NCBI GenBank assembly: GCA_011109175.1
Contig: RDEW01000046.1
Coordinates: 139,545 to 203,544 of the forward strand
Source of the DNA: Dicyema japonicum
Lineage: Eukaryota; Animalia; Dicyemida
Reading direction: 5' to 3'
DNA: 64,000 nt
Shown: piece by piece, positions 38,960 through 51,100 of the stretch
How the letters are laid out: each line of letters opens with the position of its first letter
Position numbering within the stretch: position 1 is the first letter of the stretch
Program-made: the position numbers and the translations under genes
The notes under the pieces: model-generated
Databases searched by the model: none
Told to the model about the DNA's origin: nothing
Seen by the model: only the letters and a program-made list of their open reading frames with translations

Positions 38960-41070
38960 AATTCCATTTTCATTTGACAAATACTTCGACATGCAAACGT
39001 GACCGCCCAAAACACTTTCCATCGTTTTTTTGATCGTTACCGTCTGCATGTAGGCACCTACAAAGCATTCCAGTGGCTCAAGTAATGTTTATAAAATTTG
39101 CTTACGACTCCATCCCAAGTGAGGACTATTGGGACCACGTATACTTTTGCTTTGTATTATCCCCAGCTCACTTACGAGAAAATCGTACTTGCGGCATATC
39201 TCAATTTCGACATGTTTCAAAGAATCTTGGGAGGTTATTCCCACTTCTATTAGCGTTATTATGTTCTTGATTTTGTATACACGAAAATATCCGGCTTGTT
39301 ATTTTCTATTCTCGTGTCCGTAGATATTGTTGTGTCAACGCGAATTTTCACAAATTCAGTTACAACTGTTGATTGCAACTGAATGAGTCTTTAGTCTTTC
39401 TATTTCTTTATTCCATACTGCTTGCACAGGTGCAAGTGTATGCACCTGGCGACCTCATTATGAGGACATAGGTAGTCACTATTGAGCATTCTTCCACACC
39501 TTGTTGCCAGATGATCCACTGTTTTTTTCGCAGAATTGCAATGGCTGCATTTTCGCCATTTTCATCGAAGAAAACATTCCGATCCTGGACATAGCATAGC
39601 AATCCTTCGGTCCTTGGGGAGTTGTCCCCGGCGATTAATCATTGGCTAGATTGTTTAATAAATGGAGTCCCTCAAGGCTCACCACTATCACCCCTACTCT
39701 TCAATCTCTACATAAACGACATGCCACAAACCTGTAATGAAAACTGTCTAATCCTCTCATATGCCGACGATATCATTCTTGCCTCCAAGGAACAGAAACA
39801 TTCAATCAGCGACTCAGTTGGCTCAACAAATGCTCAACAACTTGGAACTATGGCTCTCGAAGCGGAGACTTGACACATCAGCAGCAAAGTCCTTTGTCAC
39901 ACTGTTTACCACCTACAAGAGACAGCTCTGTATCGAACCAAAAGTCTTTATGAAGAACGAAGCTATCTCTATTAACAAAACACCGAAGATTCTGGGAGTA
40001 ACCTTTGATCAGGGACTCACCTTTATCCGGCATGTTGAAAACAGAGTAACTTCTGCTCTGAAAAAATTAAGAATATTAAAAGTGCTCTCAAAAATATTTA
40101 GAGATCAAACTGGGATCCTTTCCACGATATACAAACAATTCATCCACCAACGATGACGTATGCAAGTCCTTCATGGGCAATGCAAATGTCACGATCTTCC
40201 ACATTGAAGTTATCTGCAATCGAGGAGACTGCAATGAGGTTAATTGGACCAGATCACAACATCCAACCTATTGAAAATTTTTTAATTGGAATACAACGAA
40301 AACTATTAAAGGAGGCTGTTCTACCGAGCTGCCCTCTATTCCAAATACTATCGAATTATCTACAATCATACAGAAATTGTGAGCCGATGCCATGTCCTAT
40401 GAGAAGAGCTGTTCAGGATTCTCGACCCCGCCGGACTCGTCCTCACCTTTGTCGGTCTGGGATCACTTAGTTAGATGAGAACTTTTATTTCTTTCTCTTT
40501 GACCCAGTGATCCTGGGGGTAATAATAATAATAATAATAATAGATTGTTTAATATCAACATTCTGTTCTTCTGTTGAATCGAACATCATAGCATGCATAG
40601 GTTTTCTTTTTATCTTTTCTAATAGCTCCTTTTGTTGTACATCCTTTAGTTGTTTTAGATTTAAGTCGCTTGTGTCTAAGCAGTATTTTCCAGCTAGGAA
40701 TCCTATGATAGTGGCCATATGATTTTTCTTTGCGTTCAAAACCCGTAGGATCCCTGCTCTTCTCAAACATTTGTTGGACTTGTGTTGCATCTCATTGTAA
40801 AAATGAAGAAGTATTCTTTCACTTTTACATACAACATAAGTCAATCTTCTCCCAAGAAAATCTCGCTGTAAATACAATCTTTCTTTTTTGATGGTTTACA
40901 GTGAATCCGACCATTTATAAGTACACTACATATACACTTGTCAATTTCCTCAAACTCATCTGGTTCAATTTCAATGAGTCTTATATAATAATTATATAAG
41001 GATGTCGCATGCTCATTGATTGCCTTGAAGAAGTTAACACTATTCAGTTTAGTCTTCATAATATCATAGT
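38960..41070 (-). mobile_element. R4/Dong-like element, 5'-truncated, interrupted by a family A LINE
   Basis: LNSVNFFKAINE, CLRRAGIL, QDRN, CSHC..VDHLATRC, HNEV, KPDIF, EVGIT, KYD. The reading resumes across the TSD at 39647-39660 / 40541-40554. Confidence 0.85.
39661..40540 (+). mobile_element. Jockey/CR1-like family A second copy, 5'-truncated, 14-bp TSD
   Basis: Near-identical by eye to 25510-26367. (TAA)n tail. TSD TAGATTGTTTAATA. Confidence 0.92.
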
Positions 41071-41139
41071 CCTATTTTCCACATGTGCATAAATAGACTT
41101 CATCACATTAGTCTTCACGACGTTACGTTACTATCATAA

Positions 41140-41400
41140 TAATATTATTATTAGACAGGACTTTCTGAAGAGCGATCCGACCTTCTTATGTCTTCTCCAC
41201 ATCTCGTCGGATGTCCTCTCTGCACGACTGAATGAAGTAAACTCCGTTTTTTCTGTGTTTATCTTCAAGAACGATTTTTTGAATATATGTGATAGATACT
41301 CGTTTAAGTAATTGAGAAATTCATCATCGTCAGATACGAAGTCTAGATCATCCGCGTAAATCAACTTATAATATTGGTCTTCGATAGACGATCGGAAGAT
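41140..41400 (-). mobile_element. RTE RT fragment
   Basis: IYADDLDFVS..LKINTEKTE..WRRHKKVGSL. Confidence 0.7.
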
Positions 41401-41891
41401 TTATCACTTCGTAATCTAACAATTATTATTATTAATAAGTCTAGTGATATTTTTAAATATCAAGAAAAATAACAGTATGTAAATTATTAAAACATTATAA
41501 AACAAATTAAAATAAAAAAATCAATTTGACAAAATAATGGAGGATTTCTGGAGCGACCTGGTGGCAAGGTTCCTACTGTTAACGAACCTGGAGGTTGACA
41601 TTTTAACTTCACAGAACAAATAAAAGATCTCCAAATTGACGCAAAGTGAATAAATAGTCTTCTTCGTTTCTAAACACACAAATACTCAGACATATAAGTC
41701 TTTTCCACCTCTACATGTTGTCATCCCTGTTAAATTATCACAAAACTCGCACAAACCGTTGAAACAACAAATGTGAAACCACATATAAATTTATAAATTC
41801 TTCAAAGTCAGCAAACAGCCAGAAATGACGATAATCATTTTTCTTCTAAAAAATTTTAACCACAAATTACAAGAGATAAAACTAAGAAGCT

Positions 41892-41973
41892 TACCGGCGG
41901 TGGGACTCGAACCGACGCGGGCTTAACCCAGTGCATCTTAAGTGCACAGCCTTAACCACTCGGCCATACCGGA
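41892..41973 (-). tRNA. trnL-UAA: tRNA-Leu(UAA), type II variable arm
   Basis: A-box TGGCCGAGTGG, anticodon arm GTGCA-CTTAAGA-TGCAC, variable arm GGGTTAAGCCC, T-loop TTCGAGT, discriminator A, TTTT terminator shortly downstream. Three stem mismatches. Confidence 0.85.
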
Positions 41974-42185
41974 AACTCTCTTTCTAATGAAATTCATTAA
42001 TGTGCTAGTTACTTATGTTTGCTGTTTTTAGGGATCGTCCTGTCTGTGCAGAGCTCTATGTATTATGGCTCTTGCGAAAAATGCTGTTTTTTAATATATT
42101 TGTCGATTATTCGAATTTATAAAATCTATTAAAATACCAGAATCATAAAGTAAGAAATATTTTTAACAAATAAAATGTTAGGTCA

Positions 42186-42449
42186 TTAAAATTTGAATAA
42201 AAGGAATGCCATCTGCCCATAGTAAAAATAAATAGCATTTCTAACTTCATATGTAACAAAACTTCCAAAAGCCCTGCCAACAATACAGTGCCAATTGGGA
42301 CTGTAGTTTGCATCAAATTCCATTTTTATAAATCTCGCAATCTCCTCGTCCAACTTGTACAATTCAATTCCTCGTTTAGCACAATTTAGAGCCTCTTGTT
42401 GCATTTCATCAGTCATATCAACCTGTCTTACGACATAATTCATTATCAT
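42186..42449 (-). CDS. Dynein light chain LC8-type protein, intronless, divergent
   Basis: 87 aa with DMTDEMQQEA, EEIARFIKMEFD..Y.PNWHCIVGRAFGSFVT, YFY..AFLLFK. Confidence 0.92.
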   Translation of the reverse strand: MIMNYVVRQVDMTDEMQQEALNCAKRGIELYKLDEEIARFIKMEFDANYSPNWHCIVGRAFGSFVTYEVRNAIYFYYGQMAFLLFKF

Positions 42450-42869
42450 ATAGCACGGAACATTAAAAATAAATGTAAATTATAATACGCTATTCGGTAC
42501 TATATATTAAAATCTCTCTGACAAACTCCACTGGTGAAGATTACCGCTATTAAAACTTTTCCGAAGAGAATGAAGTGATGTCCGCGACGATAGGACGTGT
42601 GATGACAATGAAAAAAAGTGGACCTATTTCTCCACCTCTCTTTGGAAACCTGTAGTTGACTATTGGTAGATAAAATTGGTTGGTACAAACAAACCTTCTA
42701 TCTTGGGTTCCTTCCTTAGATTAATTAGTTGTGACTGTTTTTGCTGAGTTTACCAAAAATTGTAAGATTGAGGTTATTAAATAAATATTTAATTCAGCAT
42801 TAATCTTATAGTATTTATAATTTATAATTAAATTATAGAAATCAATAAAAATAATTGTAAGCACGAGAA

Positions 42870-44559
42870 ATGGAATTTGCTCCTGTTAAGAAAGAGTAAT
42901 ATTTTATAATTAAAGTCAGATTTATAAGACACGATGCTGAAAGAGTTATATGTGAGGAGTATATATCAGAGAAGGACAAACATCAATTCATGGAATAAAA
43001 AGAGGGGGTAGAAATAAAAAGAGACCAATTAGTTTTGCTAAAAAGCAATGTGGGAACATACTACGTGGAGAAATCTGCCCATATGGGGACAACTGCAGAT
43101 ATAATCACGAACAGTCAGTCGTTACTAAACTAAATATTCAATGTGTGTTCAACAAATGTCCATATGGGCTGTCCTGCAGACTTGAACATAATGATAATGT
43201 CCCAACACACCAATCAACAATATTTAATGTCCTTACCATTAACGAAAGAAATAAAATAAGAAATAATAAAATTTCAGATATTAGCACTAAAAATTCATTA
43301 ACTAAAGAGAATATGAGGGAACCGAGAAGTCGACCAAGAATAGATTTGAGGGACAAATTGTACTTGGCACCTCTCACAACAGTACTCACTTGGTATTATT
43401 TTAGGTAGGAAATCTCCCCTTTAGGAGGGTTTGTGTCGGACTTGGAGCACAAATCACGTGCTCTGAAATGGTTGTGGACACCTCATTGTTGGGAGGGAAA
43501 CAGTCAGAATGGGCATTAGTTAAGAGACACGAGTCTGAAAAGATTTTTGGAATACAACTGTGTGGATCAAATCGTAATACTATGTCAGAATGTGCACGTG
43601 TTTTTGATGACACTCAGTTTTTCGTTGACTTTCTTGACATTAATGCTGGATGTCCCATCGATTGTATATATAAAAAGGTTGGATTATTATGTAATCCAGG
43701 GTGCTGGGAGTGCTCTCTTGGAAAGATCCAACAGACTAATTTCTATTTTAGATTCAATGACAAGCTGTTCCAGTCTTCCCGTTTCCGTGAAAATGCGGAC
43801 TGGAATATCCATAAACAACAATATAGTTGTTTCACTCGTTGAAAAGTTGACTAAGGCTGGTCAAGCTAGTTATTTCACTGTATTATCACATACACAATTA
43901 ACAGGTCCACGGGAGGTCACGTGAACAGAGATATAGTAAATCTGCTGACTGGGAGACTGTCTCCGCTTGTGTTAATGCTGCTGGGTCTATTCCTGTGTTT
44001 GGAAATGGAGATATCCTTAGCTACTCTGACTATGAGACCAGAAGGTCAGAGAACCCTTCAATGGCTGGGATCATGATTGGGAGGTCGAATATATATGTTA
44101 CGTTATAGGGGCGCTCTTATCAAACCTTGGATTTTCACAGAAATATCGGAAAGAAGAGACTGGGACATATCATCCAAGGAGAGATTTGAAATATTGGAGA
44201 AATACCGTGATTATGCACTCGAACATTGGGGATCAGACTCACGTGGAGTTGAGAATGCCAGAAGATTCATTCTTGAATGGCTTTCCTTTCTTCACAGGTG
44301 CTTTTTGTTTTATACTCGAAGGTACATCCCAGTGGGATTACTGGAACGTCTTCCTCAAGCCATTAATGTTAGGCCACCATCTTATTTCGGGAGAGATGAC
44401 CTAGAAACACTGATGGCAAGTGCTAATTGCTCGGATTGGATTAAAATAAGTGAATTACTTCTTGGTCCTGTCCCTGATGGTTTCAAATTCCTTCCTAAAC
44501 ATCGAGCAAATGCTTATCAACCAATCTCACATATTGATTTGACTAAAATTAGCTCATAA
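42870..44559 (+). CDS. DUS3L: tRNA-dihydrouridine(47) synthase
   Basis: Two CCCH fingers, [64 protein letters not shown]. Introns 43382-43404, 43678-43699, 43880-43904, 44084-44108, 44298-44321. First exon junction uncertain. Confidence 0.95.
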
Positions 44560-44599
44560 TTTTGAATGTTTATACGTAAAATCATAATAGCTATAGTTT

Positions 44600-45536
44600 A
44601 TCCATGTGGCGTAGAAACAAACTAAACAGCTCTACCTTCCACGGTCGTGTGCTACGTCTCTCAAGTCGTCGAGATATTCTTCACGTTTTAGTTTATTTTG
44701 ACGTCTTTGAGATTAACATCAAGTATCTCAGGAAATGCGAATCGTGTCTATAAAACTTTTCAACACTTGTCCGAAGAACGTCCATCTCAAATCAGCAATC
44801 TCGAGGCTCAACGGACCAGTGGAACAAAAACCTTAGAGTTTTTTTTTTAATTACCTTTGTCAATTCATTCCATATATCTTAATGAAATATCCTGATCTGT
44901 CTTCAATAAAACGAGTCTACCCCGAGTTTTTCAACTGTGGACATCTCCCACATTGACGAATTTTACAATATGACTGGTTTAACAAAGCCTTAACAAGAAT
45001 GATATAATTGATCGTCTGCTGTCAATCCAGTTCTTTTTAACATTTGTAGCAAGGACCTTTTTTCGAACAATGGCCTTGCTGTTTCCAAGTAAGTACACAA
45101 ATTTATTGGTCTTCCTCCGTGGCTCATTTGATCTTCTTTCCATTCTTCTGATATCCACTACTTCCATTTTGGAAAAATTCATTGTAGGAATTTCTTAAGT
45201 TCATTAGGAGCCATTTCCAGTAGGCGAAGACGGGCTAATCTATCATTTGAAGTCGACGTCGTTAGCATAAATATCACCCCGAAGGTCGAGTATATGATAG
45301 ACAACAAAGAAGAGAAGGACTTTCTTTGAGGTGTACCCACATTATATGCAAATTCTCTTGACATTCTGCCAATTCGAACTCGTAGCTTAGTGCTAAATAA
45401 AAAGACTCTATTATTTTACTGAGTCAGAGTACAGAAATCTCTCCACTGTAATCAACAGTAAATCTCGATAGACTGTATCGAATAGATCTATGGCTACAGA
45501 ACACTAGACCAACTGCTTTGTTAGGTTTCTGGATAG
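44600..45536 (-). mobile_element. Degenerate RTE RT and C-terminal region
   Basis: FDTV-like, VGTPQ, LGNSKAIVRKKVLATN, FVKPVIL.NSS.WG, PLSLEIADLRWTFFG. Confidence 0.65.
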
Positions 45537-45700
45537 TAGGGCAAGCTGTTTCAAGCACTTAAAAAAAATTTTAGCGCTAAAAAATCACAAAATCTAGCAA
45601 TTATAATTAAAAAATTAGCACTTAAAATGATAAAATCTAGCATTTAAAATTGTAAAATCTATAACTTAAAATAATAAAATTTAAATATTATTTATTGTAA
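45537..45700 (+). mobile_element. Third TAGGGCAA-type hAT terminus with ~21-bp subterminal repeats; partner end not found
   Basis: TAGGGCAAG at 45537 truncates the RTE remnant and is followed by repeated AAAATCTAGCA-like units. Confidence 0.45.
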
Positions 45701-45799
45701 TATGTCGCGAGCGCTGAGCGTGATGACAGGTATTTTGACAGGTGCCAACATCTGTTATGTTAATTGAAAATTAATCAATACTTAAGTTTTGGAATTATT

Positions 45800-46290
45800 A
45801 TTTATATAATAACCCCGAAAAGGGAATACCAAAAAAGAAGGAGTAAACCAACTAATTAAGTGATCCCGGTAGCCTTAACTGGATCGAGAGGTTTTTCCTG
45901 TATTCTTCCAGAGTACCCACATCTTTCCTGAATAGACGACGATCATCTTTCATTAGAGTTTAAGAGGGGTGGGTTTTTTCCCCAAATTTCGTGTAATTGA
46001 GGCCTCTAGCCTTGAATGGAAGAAACGACTTGTTTTTTGACCACACAGACCGATGAAGCCGGAGCCGTTATTTGTGATTGCGGCGTGGTCAAGCATTGGG
46101 GGGGGGAAAGATCTGGGGGTAGATTTGTTATTTGTGATTGCGGCGTGGAAAGTTTGCCTGTTAGGTAGTTGATCTTGTATGAATTGGATATTGAAGCTCC
46201 ATAGTCCCATGAGGCACAAGCATACTCTACCGTCGGTTTTAGAAGTTGATTGAATAAGACGACAGCGCATTCCCGTGACGGTCTGGACTT
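45800..46290 (-). mobile_element. Jockey-like LINE 3' fragment
   Basis: KPTVEYACASW. Ends TGIT-stop TTAGTT..CGGGGTT plus a TA/TAA-rich tail. Confidence 0.7.
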
Positions 46291-46797
46291 TATTATTTAT
46301 TTAATTTCTGGATTTTAAGAGCGGTTTGATTATATTTAGGAATAATTTGTGCATTTTTATATAAAATCATTATTTTTATTAATAGAGATTAATCCTAGGT
46401 AATAATAATTATTATTATGAGTAAAAGTATTTTATAGAAGATTTACACCAATTTTTGCTGGCATACCATGATTTTTGACAATAAAATCATAAATCTAACC
46501 CACATCAAGTTGTCCTGATGCCTAATAAAGTTACCATAATAACTACTGAAGAGTAAAACATTATAAAGTGCATGCTGGAGGGACAAGCCCTCAATGTATC
46601 AGCAACTCGGAAGTATAGAATAGCTTTTATTTAATTTTAATTAGAATTTTAGGAGGAATAAGCAGGAATTTAATATTATCGCCGTATGCTCTTATGTTCC
46701 GGAATTCGCTCCTTAACAGGTATGGGGTCGTATGTACGCACGTTCCGGAATTTACCCCCTAACGAGTAGGGGAACCTCGGCTTAAAGAAGAGAGAGG

Positions 46798-46923
46798 GAT
46801 TAGGGTTAGGGACTAAAGTTAAAATTATGGATTAAGGTTAGAGATTAAAGTTAGGGGTCGGGTTAGGTGATTAAAGTTAGGGTTATGGATAGAGCTAGAA
46901 GTGATGGTTATGGATTAGGGTTA
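46798..46923 (+). repeat. Degenerate TTAGGG-like hexamer tract (~20 units, about 5 perfect)
   Basis: gattagggttaggg..ttaaggttag..gttaggggtcgggttaggtg..gttagggttatg..ttagggtta. Confidence 0.8.
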
Positions 46924-46924
46924 T

Positions 46925-47960
46925 AAACTAACTATCACGGTAAAACTAAACTAATTATCGAGTGATCCCGATGCGTTCCACCAAATTCCTCATCATTTCC
47001 CGGTGATCCTCCCTCGTGCCCACACAAGCTCATACTGGGCGGCTGACTGTATTTGCAGGGCCACCTTCCCGCATGCCGGAGTGTAGTTTGATGAGGGCCT
47101 TCTTGAGGAGTCGGTCCGGTTCTGTGTCTTCCACAAGTCCACCTCTCCGTGACTCTGAAAGCCTTCTTTTGTACGTCCTCGATTTTCTTGGTATTCGTCC
47201 ATGATAATGAAGGTCTCCACTTAGCACACACGTACGAGAAGCATGGTTCAATGTATTGTTTATAGATATTCATCAAGACCGGGTGGGTACCAGTCTTCCA
47301 TATTTCAGATAAACATTTCAATACATTGATTTTCTTCTCGCACTTTAGAACAATGTTTGCCACGTGTGGTGACAAACATAAGTGCGTATCCAGTGTCACG
47401 ACAAGGAACTTCTGACATTTGCTGAAGGGGATTTCAATGTTGTCCAAATTTAAGGTGACAGTCTTATTCCCCAACCTTTTGTCCGAAGTATACATAGACG
47501 TGACCGACTTTCTGGAATTCATCGTGAGTCGGTTCTTCATTACCCAGGCGTTGAGTCGGTCCAGGTTAATTTGTAATCTTTCTGTAGCAATTTGGATATC
47601 CTGTACAATGTCATCTGATTATGAGAGTAGAATATCGTTATTGGATTCCGGTGTCGGGAGGTCAGCCAGGTATAAATTGAATAAGGCGGGGGATAAAGGA
47701 GATCCTTGAGGGACACCGTTTGGGCGAAGACGCGAGACTGATTTCAGTAGTCCGAGGCATACATGTCCCCTCCGTCTACTTAAGAAATTTGTTATCCAAA
47801 GTTTAAGCTTCCCCAGGATCTCGTCTCCACATATGATGATCTCCTCGTCGATCCAGCGAAAAATACAAGGACCCCACTCAGAGAGTCCTTTGGGCAGGAG
47901 CCGGGAGGAGGCATTGAAATCCTTTTGAATTTTTTGAATTGGTGGACCACATAACGCCAC
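46925..47960 (-). mobile_element. Jockey-like LINE family B, 5'-truncated
   Basis: NGVPQGSPLSPALFNLYLAD, SDDI, QKFL..TLD, KQYIEPCFSY. Related to 56700-58372. Confidence 0.85.
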
Positions 47961-48107
47961 GCTACAACGGGTTTTAAAAAACTTATTTTAGTTAGTAAAG
48001 GAAAGGGCTAAGAAAAAAATAATTTTTTAATATTAAAAGTTAATTTTCGCTTAGTTTTTTTAATTGTTTAATAGATTTTCCGACATTTATTATATTGAAT
48101 TGTCTCA

Positions 48108-51100
48108 TATATTTTAATAAATAATAACATGCAACGTGCGTTCGATTCGGTGGCGTTAAAACTCTCTCGAGTTGGCAAAAATGTTGAAAGGAAAAAAGGA
48201 GAAGGGTCACTTGCGTTACCTGATGGTATGAATGTAATTCTTGCCATATCCGAGAGCGTTGTGGCAGATGACCAAAAGAATGGGCGAGGCAGTAGTCCTG
48301 CAGGTACGTAGCAGGCTATCTCGAATGCCCTGGAATGGATGGCCATACTTGGCGGAGCTCTGCAGTGGCAGATTCAGTACTGCTATATCTGTGAGTGAAC
48401 TCAAGAAGATGGCTGTAGGCAAAAGAGGGGTACTGGTCTAAAGGGGCGGGGACCAGGTGACACAACTGTCAAAGAGAGCACGAGCACCAGAGCTGTGATA
48501 CGTTGCAGCTCAAGCATGTTTATGAGGTCTTTGCGCGGAATCTCGCTGCAGCGGCAGATGTCCCACTTGAGGACCGTAGATTTACCCGCAAGATTCCTCA
48601 TTGTAAGGTTAACGGTGGAGTGTTAACCTGCATCAATAAGGCTGTGGCTTATGCGGTGGAGGCTAAGCCAGTAGGGTCATTGGGTGACATCTCCCTAGTG
48701 CTGTATGCAGCACAGATCACCTATGAGGAATTGACGGACAAGCCCAGACCACCCAGTAAATGGAGGGAGCAGATCTGTGCCAAGATTGCTTGGAGACAGA
48801 CTGAGCTGGAAGCACTGGAGGGGCACATAAGTAGTGTGGCGAGAGGGTCAGAGGAAAAGCACCGGCTATAGTAAAGGGGCTAATTAGTAAACTCCGTGTT
48901 CCCAAATGGGACCTCAAAGAGTTGAGGAGGGCAAAGGTGGAGTTAGAGGGGGCAATAATGGTGTATAAGAGGAAACTCTATACACATGAAAGTCGGTGTA
49001 AGAGAAGGAGAGAAAATAATCTGTTTGAGTTTAATCGCAGATTGTTTTACCGTCGCCTACACGAAAATGGCCATAGTGTATGTTCCCAGCAGGACGCGGA
49101 AATGCTTTCCACATGGGGTAGTATGTGGGAGGCTAAACCACGCAGAGGAAATGCGTGGAATGTCCCGTACAGCGCCGCTCCTTTCTTGGCGGAATCTTGC
49201 GGAATTTTCGATTTTCGCAAGAAATTTGAGGCGGTAGTGAGACATCTCCCTGATTGGAAGACGACCGGGGTCGATAAAGTTTATAATTTCTTTATCAAAA
49301 GATGCACTTCATTACACGAGTCTATGTGTCGTGTATTACAGAAAAGCATCACTAACCCGGAAACGATTCCTGATTGGGCATGCACAGGGACAACTTATTT
49401 GATCCCAAAGCTGGACAACCCCCAGTCTGCTGCAGATTATCGACCGATAACCTGCATGCCAACCCTGTATAAGCTGATGACCAAATTGGTGGCTAATGAG
49501 GTCAGGAGCTTTGTAGACGCAAATGGGATTCTCTCCGAGAATCAGTTGGGAACTGTGCGAAATTGTCAGGGGGCAAAAGAGCAGGCTTTGATCAACAAAT
49601 GCCTTTCTGTGTCTCACGGAAACTCACTTTTGTCTATGTGGGTGGATGTGAAGAAGGCTTACGATTCAGTTGATCATTCTTACCTTGTCGAGTGCCTACA
49701 CAGTCTGTGTATGCCTGTGTGGTTCATCAGCTTTGTAGTGGCTGTGATGAATAGGTGGAGTATTCATCTGAACTATAATAGGCACCGGATAGGCGAGGTA
49801 AAACTCAAGAGGGGGATCCTTCAGGGGGATAGCATGTCTCCGCTACTCTTTGTTCTCTGTTTGGAGCCATTGAGTCGCCGCCTCAATGACCGGTTTGAGC
49901 AAATACCAGTTCATTGTGAAGGGGTCTGTTTCAGTACAAATCACCTTCTTTTTATCGATGACTTGAAGATGTATGCTCGAACAGCCGAGGAGCTCTACTC
50001 CATGGGGGTCTGTGCCAGGGAATTCTTTGAGAGTATAGGGCTAGATTTGAATTATTCAAAGTCTGCGACTAACACGCAAGTATGTAGCGAGTTAGTAAGA
50101 GTCCTAGAGGAACACGAAGGATATAAGTATCTGGGTGTTACCGAATCTCCAAAGTCCCTTATAATGCCTGAGACAAAGCGACAAATTACTGAAGGCATCC
50201 GTAAAAGAGCAGCGTTATTGTGTAAGACGTCTCTAAATGCAAGGAATTTGTTCCTAGCATTAAATGAGTATGCTGTCTCGCTGCTAAACTACTACATAGG
50301 TGTTGTGGAGTTTGAGCCCAAAGAGTATGATGAGATGGATGTTATGATCCGTGGAGTACTCAGAGAGAACCATGTCCATGTGTTGGCAGCCAATAAGGAG
50401 AGACTATATTTACCCCGTGATAAATTCGGCCGTGGACTGTGTGGAGTAGTCCAACTAAGTGAGCGTATCCTAATGCGAATGCACGACACCCTGATAGCTG
50501 GGTCAAGTGTGTCTGCTAGGAAGCACGCCATAATAACGACCGAGAAAACACGGGCAACCCACCTAGGCACTATCAGACCTTTTTTGTCTGCTAAGTATGG
50601 TGTTGATGATGGTGGGCTAGTAAATGTGAAGGCGTTGATCGAATTACAATATAATAATTTGATGGAAAAGATCAACTTAAAAAGCCTTCATAAGGTCCTC
50701 TTCAGAGCATTGGACAACCCACATGTCGACCTTAAGTCGTCGACAATATGGCTGAAATACGGTGACAACTCACCTCGATCGGAGGCGCTGTACACGTATA
50801 TGCAAGACCGCAATATTTTTTGGGGTCGATCAACAAATACATGTCCCCACTGTAAGTCAAGGAGCATGTCGGTTGATCATTTAGCCACTCGATGTGGATC
50901 CATGCTCTGCCACGACTATGTGTAAAGTCATAACTAACGAGGTAGTAAGGAGTCTTCATCTTCTACTATGCAATAAGTATGGTATTCGCCACACCAGAAA
51001 GTTGCGGACTCATAAGTTGCAATCTGTAGTAGTAGACAGTGTTATCCGTACTTCGGTGCTAGTCAAGCACAATAAACCGGACATTGTGGTACACGATAAG

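Noticed and set aside
41510-41870. Possible small spliced gene next to the tRNA
   Set aside because: Intron-like GT..AG segments exist, but I could not assemble an open, recognisable reading frame.
42490-42780. Possible small minus-strand gene or snRNA between LC8 and DUS3L
   Set aside because: No start-to-stop model, no homology recognised, and no U5 loop or Sm-site match.
41892-44559. Functional clustering of a tRNA with a tRNA-modifying enzyme (DUS3L)
   Set aside because: A single adjacency in a compact island is expected by chance, and DUS3 acts on many tRNAs in trans.
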